A program made the translations under genes and the position numbers. Positions 30,037-37,286 of a stretch of DNA of 64,000 bases are shown here, piece after piece. Source of the DNA: Gammaproteobacteria bacterium. GTDB taxonomy: Bacteria > Pseudomonadota > Gammaproteobacteria > CBDBNL01 > JAAOII01. Each line of letters starts with the position of its first letter. Position 1 is the stretch's first letter. The notes under the pieces were generated by a model. The model was not told where the DNA came from. It was given only the letters and a program-made list of their open reading frames with translations, and ran no database searches. The DNA lies in the NCBI GenBank assembly GCA_965209035.1, contig CBDBPY010000001.1:1-64000 (forward strand). The letters are read 5' to 3'.

Positions 30037-30899
30037 AACCCCCCCAATATCCCCTTAACAAAATGCCTCCAATCAAAAAGAGGAAACTCCCTTATCGCCA
30101 AATCAGACGGAAACTCTTTTATGTCTCCACCCTTGCTCGATTTCAACGCGACGACACCGACATTAACAGCGCGAGTCCCCAACTGCTTCACAAAAATAGC
30201 AGGAGGATTTCGGAGACCGCGCAAATCTCCAATCAAATCACGAAACCAATTCGCATCGCACTCCCTCGCCTTGCGGCCGGATTCGCCCCCCATAATCACC
30301 CAATTTATTCCGTTTTTCTTGCCACGCCCCAAGGCAACCCGTTCCCTGACGAAATGCTCCCTGAGACCGCCAATATCAATCCTACCCAACATCGGCTCAA
30401 CCGACAAAAAACGCACCGGAGCCTCGCACTCCGTCCCCGCCAAAATCGGAATCCTTTCATCCGCCCTTTCCTGATCCTCCACCGAAACACCCAACCAAAT
30501 GTTTCGCGCGTTCCTCCAACCCCGACTCTCCATCACCTCCCGCATCCGTTCGACCCGCTTCGTCAAAATCAGAAAATCAAGACGATGACATTCCTTAATC
30601 AACTGAAGAACTTTATCCAAGCGTTTCGCACCCGCCTTATCCCAGAACAAATCCGTCATCGACGACAAAAACACCCGGGCGCGACCAACCCCCGTCTTGC
30701 CGTGAAGACGACGAATCAAATCGTAGGCATTCGGCTTATCGACGATCGGGCACTTTTTCGAGTATCCCTTGATTTCGGGCGTGAAGCGAGTCGCTATGTC
30801 GGCGGCGTAGCAATTCGCACAGCCCGGCGACACCAATTGGCAACCCCACCAAGGGTTAAATGTGGCATCGCACCACTCGATCGAAGTTTTGTCTCCCAT
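30033..30899 (-). CDS. DUF5131 (phage Gp37/Gp68) family protein
   Basis: IEWCDATFNPWWGC..VSPGCANCYA, SMTDLF, LTKR, FLSVEPML, WVIMGGESG. Confidence 0.92.
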   Translation of the reverse strand: MGDKTSIEWCDATFNPWWGCQLVSPGCANCYAADIATRFTPEIKGYSKKCPIVDKPNAYDLIRRLHGKTGVGRARVFLSSMTDLFWDKAGAKRLDKVLQLIKECHRLDFLILTKRVERMREVMESRGWRNARNIWLGVSVEDQERADERIPILAGTECEAPVRFLSVEPMLGRIDIGGLREHFVRERVALGRGKKNGINWVIMGGESGRKARECDANWFRDLIGDLRGLRNPPAIFVKQLGTRAVNVGVVALKSSKGGDIKEFPSDLAIREFPLFDWRHFVKGILGGL

Positions 30900-31405
30900 T
30901 ACAAAGACCCCTTCGACTCAGGCAGTCTTTTTTTAATCTTGGCGAGATTTTGCTTTGTATCAAGCACCATCACCGCCGCCGCCCGCGAATAAGTTTTCGC
31001 TTGACCCATCAGAATCTCCGCTTCGCAAATATCCGCTTCGCTGAGATCTTTCCTCGATTCCATTATCTCCCGCACTTTACCCAACAGCAACTTGACATTC
31101 AATATAATCGAACCGCCAATCTGCAATGAGCCTTCGAAGACGCAAAGCGGATCTATTGACGGGCCTGTGCTGGTCGTTTTGACAAATACAACGACATCGC
31201 TGACTTTGTTGGCACGCTCGCGTCCGAAAAGTTGCCGGTAAAGATCGACAGCATTTTCGCGCGCTATATCGTGCTCGTTGTTGGAATCGCTGAGCCATCC
31301 CAACGAATTGTGAAGCGCAAAAATTCGGTTTTTGCGCCTTTTTTTGCTGCAACAGTCATCCATTACAACGACTCCGTCGGCGGCTTTGTTGGGGGTTTTT
31401 TCCAT
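30899..31405 (-). CDS. Hypothetical protein (repeated-leader gene C)
   Basis: MEKTPN... behind the conserved leader. Confidence 0.65.
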   Translation of the reverse strand: MEKTPNKAADGVVVMDDCCSKKRRKNRIFALHNSLGWLSDSNNEHDIARENAVDLYRQLFGRERANKVSDVVVFVKTTSTGPSIDPLCVFEGSLQIGGSIILNVKLLLGKVREIMESRKDLSEADICEAEILMGQAKTYSRAAAVMVLDTKQNLAKIKKRLPESKGSL

Positions 31406-31491
31406 TTTGATTTTTCCTCGTTTTGGATTTTTCGACGATCAGAATATCGTCGCTGATTGGCAATTCTACCCGAAAAAGAAAGACAAGTCAA
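31403..31491 (-). promoter_or_regulatory. Promoter, hairpin and conserved RBS leader (copy C)
   Basis: TTGACT-17-TAGAAT, hairpin CGACGAT/ATCGTCG, AAATCCAAAACGAGGAAAAATCAAAATGG. Confidence 0.78.
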
Positions 31492-31500
31492 GCTAAAAAA

Positions 31501-31821
31501 TCAACCCTTTCGATCCAACGCTTTCCCAATCCATTCGATCGCTTTTCCATTTTGCACCTGCCGCGAAGTCACCCACAGCACCCGATAACCAAGACCCAAC
31601 GCCAACGCCATCTTTTCGCAGTTGCTCTCGTATGTCGTCCCTCTCGTGTGCGCGCCGCGAATATAAACGCCTCCTTGCACTTCCACCATTAAATCACTGT
31701 CAATGACGAAGTCCGCCAAAAAACGGCGCGACGGGATAAACCGAACTTGTTGCTCGAACCTGTAGTTTTTCTCTTTCAAATGCACGGCGAGCAGTTGCTC
31801 TATCGGGGATATTTTTGACAT
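31501..31821 (-). CDS. Vsr/DUF559-like PD-(D/E)xK endonuclease (resolvase candidate)
   Basis: RF.PSRRFLADF...VEVQGG...GAH.R...CEK...LGYRVL. Confidence 0.8.
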   Translation of the reverse strand: MSKISPIEQLLAVHLKEKNYRFEQQVRFIPSRRFLADFVIDSDLMVEVQGGVYIRGAHTRGTTYESNCEKMALALGLGYRVLWVTSRQVQNGKAIEWIGKALDRKG

Positions 31822-32100
31822 TTTCGCAAATTATACCGGCATCTTAAAAATCTATTCTTCTTCCTTTATAAGAAGCGTCCGAACTCGAAACAATCCAGTC
31901 GAAAGTCAAGCGCGTAATGTCCGAAACTCGAAACCTCGAATGGCAAGCGGTTGATATCGGCGGCGGGATTTTCTCCCACTGTCGGAATCAGAGTAAATCA
32001 GACAAAAAAGGCGATTGATTACGACCCAAAAAAGCCGAAAATCAACCGCCGTCGAGCGTAGTCGAAAAGATGATTCCCGCCGTCGGCGGGGTTTTGGGGA

Positions 32101-33135
32101 TTATACGAAAGCGCGCGGATCGTTGCGCCAACCAGAATCGAAACTATCCCGCCACTCGGATATAAGCGTGAAAAGACGACGCGCCACGCGACGACCAATC
32201 GATCCAACAGCCAACAATAAATCCCGCACATTCCAAATCCTTAACTCCCAATTCGAAACGCGACCGGGCTTTTTCGGCATCGTCGAAAAGAACTCCATCA
32301 GCACCGCCGCGAGCCGTCTTGTCCCTTGCGTGTTGAGTGTTCTCGCAAATCGGCGCGCTGTCCGGCGACGCGATATATCGTATGTGGAAGCGCCCAGATG
32401 AGGAATCGCCACGGCCGCGATAAGCCCCGATTTATCCGCCACCCTGACGGCGTTTCGAATCGTTTGCAATGAAACGGCATCGCCGAAAAAACGCGAAAGA
32501 TAAACAATCCAATCCGAAGCCGATTGCGGCGCGCGACGAACGCCGTATCCGCCCTCGACGATGATTACAGCCAAAGCCGCCTCGCCGTAATTCAACGCCG
32601 TCCCCGCCGCGCCAAACTTCCTGAAACCAGCAATATGCGAGCGAAGCCGGTTATTTGGGAGCGTTTTGGAGAAAATGTCCCCCTGCGCTACCGAAGCGAC
32701 GAACGAACCCGACGGGCGGCGCGGTTTATCCGTCTCCCCCCTCGATTCCTCTCGCCTGCCGTTTTTCATAGAATTGCCGCCGCACCCCCAAGTCGGGCAA
32801 CCCCCAAACTTCTCCCATTCCTCACGACGCGAAGCCGTATTGCACCTCTCGCACAAAACAGGCGGATCTTTCGCGTCCAACGCCGCGCGATTCTTTATCG
32901 CGCGCTCAATCCTCTCTTGCCTCGGCAACGGAATCGCCGGCTTTTCTTCGGCTGATTTCGGATTGCTCTCCTCCTCCGCCTGCATTTTATTCACACCAAA
33001 CCGAATCCACTCCGGCGTGTGGGGCGTGAAAGGGTTTTTCCCCGTAGGCGATATGGAATCGACATCGGGTTTTTTGGGCGGCGCTTGATTCAACGCCGCT
33101 TCCAGTTGCGATCTGTATTCCTCTTTCGTCGGCAT
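32101..33135 (-). CDS. Zinc-ribbon and winged-helix protein (replication-initiator candidate)
   Basis: CERC...CPTWGC; LSRFFG..VSLQTIRNAVR..DKSGLI HTH-like segment. Confidence 0.5.
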   Translation of the reverse strand: MPTKEEYRSQLEAALNQAPPKKPDVDSISPTGKNPFTPHTPEWIRFGVNKMQAEEESNPKSAEEKPAIPLPRQERIERAIKNRAALDAKDPPVLCERCNTASRREEWEKFGGCPTWGCGGNSMKNGRREESRGETDKPRRPSGSFVASVAQGDIFSKTLPNNRLRSHIAGFRKFGAAGTALNYGEAALAVIIVEGGYGVRRAPQSASDWIVYLSRFFGDAVSLQTIRNAVRVADKSGLIAAVAIPHLGASTYDISRRRTARRFARTLNTQGTRRLAAVLMEFFSTMPKKPGRVSNWELRIWNVRDLLLAVGSIGRRVARRLFTLISEWRDSFDSGWRNDPRAFV

Positions 33136-33323
33136 CAGCCCTTTTGCTCCGCCCACTCGGAATTGTGGATTTCGTTGGCGCGGCAAGTCACGCAAAGCAC
33201 CCAACGCCCCACATTCTTAATCACGCGGGGGCGAACTCGGCAGTGGGAGCAATTCTGGCGACCGCAACCGCCGCAAGTTTCCACCCCAACGCCGCGACCG
33301 CACAATTCGCATTTTTCAGGCAT
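33135..33323 (-). CDS. Small Cys-rich zinc-finger protein
   Basis: Four CxxC motifs; coupled start and stop. Confidence 0.6.
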   Translation of the reverse strand: MPEKCELCGRGVGVETCGGCGRQNCSHCRVRPRVIKNVGRWVLCVTCRANEIHNSEWAEQKG

Positions 33324-33607
33324 TACTCCTCGTCCGCCTTCTCGTCCCCGCTAAAAGTCATTTCGGTTGCAGTGGCTTCGCCCACGCCACTATCGCGGCA
33401 ATGGGCGATAAAATCCCTTACCGCAATAAGAAGACCCATCAGCACATATCGCCTAATCCCCAAATCAGGGGTGAAAGACCAACCGTCGTCGAGATGAAGA
33501 ATCAACTCTCCAACTCGAAAAGAGCGAACCACTCCATCCGACACCATCTCCGATGCCGAAATGCTCCATCTCGTTTTTCCGCCAATAGGCGAAAACTTGT
33601 AATCCAC
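33323..33607 (-). CDS. Hypothetical protein
   Basis: GGAG RBS, coupled to the next gene. Confidence 0.55.
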   Translation of the reverse strand: MDYKFSPIGGKTRWSISASEMVSDGVVRSFRVGELILHLDDGWSFTPDLGIRRYVLMGLLIAVRDFIAHCRDSGVGEATATEMTFSGDEKADEE

Positions 33608-33623
33608 TTGCGCGTCTCCGGTT

Positions 33624-33727
33624 AAAAGAAAAACCCTCTACTTGCCAGCAAGCGCGTAGAGGGTTAATCAATCAAACCTGTTGCCTGCTGGAAATTTGAT
33701 TATACACGCCGAAACCCAAAAAGTCAA
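33624..33727 (-). promoter_or_regulatory. Promoter followed by a leader terminator (attenuator-like)
   Basis: TTGACT-17-TATAAT; stem AACCCTCTAC/GTAGAGGGTT plus U-tract about 30 nt downstream. Confidence 0.7.
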
Positions 33728-33783
33728 ACGAAAAGGAAAGTATCATTCGCAAACCGCGAATGATAGTTTTCGGCGATAAACTA

Positions 33784-33963
33784 TCATTCGGCAACCAGCG
33801 GAATATCCCTCAATCGCGCGAACCGACGCGCCGCGTATTTCGACGCAAACACCAGCGGATTCCCCAATCCGTCTCGACGATCGACACCTTCGCCAGATCG
33901 CAAAACCCAACGCGGCGCGCCATTCTTTTCGTCCCCTATCCGAACGCTTTGGTATTCCGCCAT
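33784..33963 (-). CDS. Hypothetical small protein
   Basis: ATG 6 nt after TATAAT. Confidence 0.55.
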   Translation of the reverse strand: MAEYQSVRIGDEKNGAPRWVLRSGEGVDRRDGLGNPLVFASKYAARRFARLRDIPLVAE

Positions 33964-33970
33964 CACCAAA

Positions 33971-34258
33971 TTATACACGCGCGCAAATGTCGCTCGACGA
34001 TATCACATCACCATCAAGCATAAACCCCTTCTCTTTCGCCTTTTCCACCGCTCCCTTTATCGCCTCTCTCTCCGTCTCCGCTCCGGTCATTTGCCCCGCC
34101 ACTCTCCAACCGATAAAAATCTCCGCGCGGTAAGAATCCCCCAAGCCGTAATTCGTCCGATACACCGATATATCGCCGACCTTCTTGCCCTCTCGTAAAA
34201 TCTCTCGGAAATGCAGGCGAACCGAAGCGCGCGGAATGCTGGCCAGTTTTCTTTTCAT
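33971..34258 (-). CDS. Hypothetical protein
   Basis: GGAGG RBS and ATGA coupling. Confidence 0.6.
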   Translation of the reverse strand: MKRKLASIPRASVRLHFREILREGKKVGDISVYRTNYGLGDSYRAEIFIGWRVAGQMTGAETEREAIKGAVEKAKEKGFMLDGDVISSSDICARV

Positions 34259-34343
34259 CGCCGATTCCTCCACATAATCCAATCCCTCTCCCACTCGTCG
34301 CGCTCACGCTCGCCGCCTTCTTTTCCGCCAAGCGTCAACGGCC

Positions 34344-34514
34344 TCACGCCAACCTCCCAAAAAACTCGGCCGCAAGCAAAGCAATGCCGATAAATAAAGA
34401 ACCCAACACAGGGCGGATTCGTTTTTGACGGGGCGTTTCTGCGGCTTCGATAAACCAATTCGTAAGCGTGCAAACCCACACTCCGACAACAACTCCCCAA
34501 AAAGCGTCGGTCAT
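34344..34514 (-). CDS. 56-aa two-TM membrane protein (not in ORF track)
   Basis: MTDAFWGVVVGVWVCTL...VLGSLFIGIALLAAEFFGRLA; ATGA coupling. Confidence 0.55.
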   Translation of the reverse strand: MTDAFWGVVVGVWVCTLTNWFIEAAETPRQKRIRPVLGSLFIGIALLAAEFFGRLA

Positions 34515-34681
34515 TTATCGCCCCCTTTCACGGCAGGCATATCGCTCAAATCCGACACGCCATAAATCTGCGAAAGCACCGAACGAATCCGAACCTTGCG
34601 GCCGGCCGGCACTTTCGGCAATCCGCCCGACGGCGGATAACGCCAACCCGGCCGCTCGCTTTTTTTAGCGGCGGCTTTCAT
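34511..34681 (-). CDS. 56-aa basic protein (not in ORF track)
   Basis: MKAAAKKSERPGW...; TGATG coupling to the upstream gene. Confidence 0.5.
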   Translation of the reverse strand: MKAAAKKSERPGWRYPPSGGLPKVPAGRKVRIRSVLSQIYGVSDLSDMPAVKGGDK

Positions 34682-35007
34682 CAAAACACATCATTAAGTT
34701 CGAACCACCAAGAGCCGCCGCGCTCCTGCCGAAAAAACAGCCCCATCGCGTAGACATTGTCCGTCATCGCGTCCATCAAATCCTCATTGCCGCTCCACCC
34801 GCCGGTTGCGAGGTAGCGGCATTTGATTTCTTCGCCGTGCTTCTCCACCACGACATCTTTGATTGCGTCGGGGTAATACCAAGCGTCGCACACGTGGTCA
34901 ATCAAGACGCTCCGCTTCTCGCCTTTCGCGGGCTTCCAGTCGCGGATTCGTTGCAGTGTCTCCGGCGTGGGATATCCGTCCCGATCAAATTCGGCGGCTT
35001 CCATCAC
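34681..35007 (-). CDS. Conserved phage hypothetical protein (TGGWSGNE motif)
   Basis: DGYPT..TL..I..W...LATGGWSGNE...RGG. Confidence 0.7.
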   Translation of the reverse strand: MMEAAEFDRDGYPTPETLQRIRDWKPAKGEKRSVLIDHVCDAWYYPDAIKDVVVEKHGEEIKCRYLATGGWSGNEDLMDAMTDNVYAMGLFFRQERGGSWWFELNDVF

Positions 35008-35489
35008 TCTCGATCCTCCTCTTCCTTAAGGATACGGGATATCTCGTTGGCAATGCCTTCCAGAAGATGCTTCGTCTTGTCGCCCGACTCGAAGTTGTGG
35101 GCGGCGAAAACCCGAAACTGATTCGCAATCGTGCTAAACAATAAATAATGAATCCGCTCAATCCCCCGATTGCTTTCTTCCATCGCGTCGATCCTTTCGC
35201 CCACCTCGTCGAATCCGCCAAGTTGACGCAACTTGGCGTTGATAGCGTTTTCGACTCTCATCGCCATATTGAGACGCGTTTTGAAGTCCGTTCTGATCCC
35301 GACTTTATCAAGCCCCGACATCATTTTTTCGACCGCTTTTGAACTGGCGGCAAAGCGGGCTTCGGAAACCGCATCGGCGATTATTTTTTCGGCGAGCGCG
35401 ATCCCTTCGGATTTGACATCGAATGCCAAATCGAAAACATCTTTCTCGGCGGCATCGGCGACACCTTTATTTTGTTTTTGATTTTCCAT
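35004..35489 (-). CDS. Hypothetical coiled-coil protein (repeated-leader gene F)
   Basis: MENQK... behind an ACGAGGAATCGAAAAATGG leader. Confidence 0.65.
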   Translation of the reverse strand: MENQKQNKGVADAAEKDVFDLAFDVKSEGIALAEKIIADAVSEARFAASSKAVEKMMSGLDKVGIRTDFKTRLNMAMRVENAINAKLRQLGGFDEVGERIDAMEESNRGIERIHYLLFSTIANQFRVFAAHNFESGDKTKHLLEGIANEISRILKEEEDRE

Positions 35490-35612
35490 TTTTCGATTCC
35501 TCGTTTTTGATTTGGATTTTGTCGGGCGGTCGGCAAATCAGCGGAAAAAAAACCGCACCCTCACCAAACCGACCGCCCGGGAGGAAAGTAAGGGTGGCTA
35601 AATTGTATCACA
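35487..35612 (-). promoter_or_regulatory. Extended -10 promoter and long structured leader (copy F)
   Basis: GTGATACAAT; two interleaved stems and a U8 tract; conserved RBS. Confidence 0.65.
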
Positions 35613-35672
35613 GGGCAACCGTCTTCCTTTATCACAGCGCGGGCGGCTTATGGGCGGATTCGAGTGCCATCG

Positions 35673-37286
35673 TCAATAAACGCCGTATATTTTTTGGATG
35701 GAGGGGCGATTTTCTGCGTCGGGAACAACCCGAAAATCAAAGGTGGTTTCGTTCACATAATAAATACTGGTCGAGGAATCAGCCCGCGGCTCGATGGCTG
35801 ATATGCCACATCCATCGTTGATGAACGAAACCACCAACCCCGCCACATTAATATAATTTACCCTCTCAAACCCGCAAACATAGAGCCAAGTAAAGTCCGA
35901 AAAATTGTGGCCATCGGCAATCTGGACTCCACTTTGGGCGGTTGCTTGATTTCCGCTCCACAACTCCACCGTCCCTTTTCTGGCTATGCTATCCCAAACC
36001 GCCGCTCCTTCCGTTGCGTCGGTGCAAACATACAACACCGCCCCAAACCGCCAAATATCTCCAACTCTCACATTCGCCGTTTCGTCGTCCGTCTCCGTCG
36101 GCGCGCGCGCCACCGAATACACCCGATTAATTTGTCTCCCCCCAATCGACAACTCCCCACGCAACGACATATAATCCGCTCCAACCGACCCCGTCAATAC
36201 ACTGCCCGATAATATGTCTCCACCATATCTCACCCCCGCGCCTACCGTTATCAACACCCGACGCAAATACTCTCTCCATTCCACTATCGTTTGTTCGAAC
36301 GCCGGCAACCTCGCCCATATCCCCCCTCCTACACGATATATCAACACCGACGACCACGACACAAACACCTCTCCCGTGTCTGGAATCACGCGAGTCCCCG
36401 AACCCAAATCTATCGTCATCTCCTCACCCTCCGATAACGAACCCACCGCCGCAACCTCCTCAATCGTCAATCGCAACGCCTTCCCTATCGCTTGCGGCAA
36501 CGACGACACCATCAATATCTCCGTCCCCGTAATCTGCGGATACACCAACGCCCCCCTAAAACCACCATACAACGGGTAATTCTCCGACGGCAACTCCACC
36601 GAACCAACCGAAAAAGACCCCGCCCCCACCGACACCACCAACGCCAACGGGCCGTCGTCCTCCACCACATCAGGCGACCTCTCTTCCGTCGTCAAATCTC
36701 TCCGATACAATACCTTGTCTTCGCCGTCAAATAAACGACCCGCTTCACCTTCCCGCTTCAAACTCGACCCCGTCTCACCCGACCGCAAATCAATCTCCCT
36801 CGCCGACACCCTCTTATACGGCTTTTCCGACGAACCCAACGAAACCTCCGACTCCCCCTTCGGATTCAAATCAAATCTCACTTCCCCCCTCGCTATATCC
36901 AAATCCGATCCGCGCGGCGCAAAAACTATCACCAACCGAACCGAACCGCCATCATCACGCGATAACGACGACGCGGCAAACCATTCTCCACCCGGCGGCC
37001 TCTGACCCGAAATATCCCTCTCCAACATCAAAGTCAATCCCAATATGCCCGTGACTCTCACCCTCTCTCTCCACTCCAAATATACCCCTTCCGCTATCCC
37101 ATCTCCCGCCTCATTCAATTCTCCACCCCTCACCTTACGATACAATATCGTCCCCGAAATATGCTCCCCCTCCGGCACTGACGCAGGCAACCCCGACGCG
37201 CTCTCCAACAACACCTCAACACGATCCCCCGACAATCTCCCCGAAATTATCCCTATCGCGTTGTCTATGAAAATCGGCCTTGTCAT
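35673..37286 (-). CDS. Tail fibre/spike protein
   Basis: N-terminal IFIDNA motif; APTETDD...VGDIW...YVCTDATEGAAVW fibre motif. Confidence 0.7.
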   Translation of the reverse strand: MTRPIFIDNAIGIISGRLSGDRVEVLLESASGLPASVPEGEHISGTILYRKVRGGELNEAGDGIAEGVYLEWRERVRVTGILGLTLMLERDISGQRPPGGEWFAASSLSRDDGGSVRLVIVFAPRGSDLDIARGEVRFDLNPKGESEVSLGSSEKPYKRVSAREIDLRSGETGSSLKREGEAGRLFDGEDKVLYRRDLTTEERSPDVVEDDGPLALVVSVGAGSFSVGSVELPSENYPLYGGFRGALVYPQITGTEILMVSSLPQAIGKALRLTIEEVAAVGSLSEGEEMTIDLGSGTRVIPDTGEVFVSWSSVLIYRVGGGIWARLPAFEQTIVEWREYLRRVLITVGAGVRYGGDILSGSVLTGSVGADYMSLRGELSIGGRQINRVYSVARAPTETDDETANVRVGDIWRFGAVLYVCTDATEGAAVWDSIARKGTVELWSGNQATAQSGVQIADGHNFSDFTWLYVCGFERVNYINVAGLVVSFINDGCGISAIEPRADSSTSIYYVNETTFDFRVVPDAENRPSIQKIYGVY

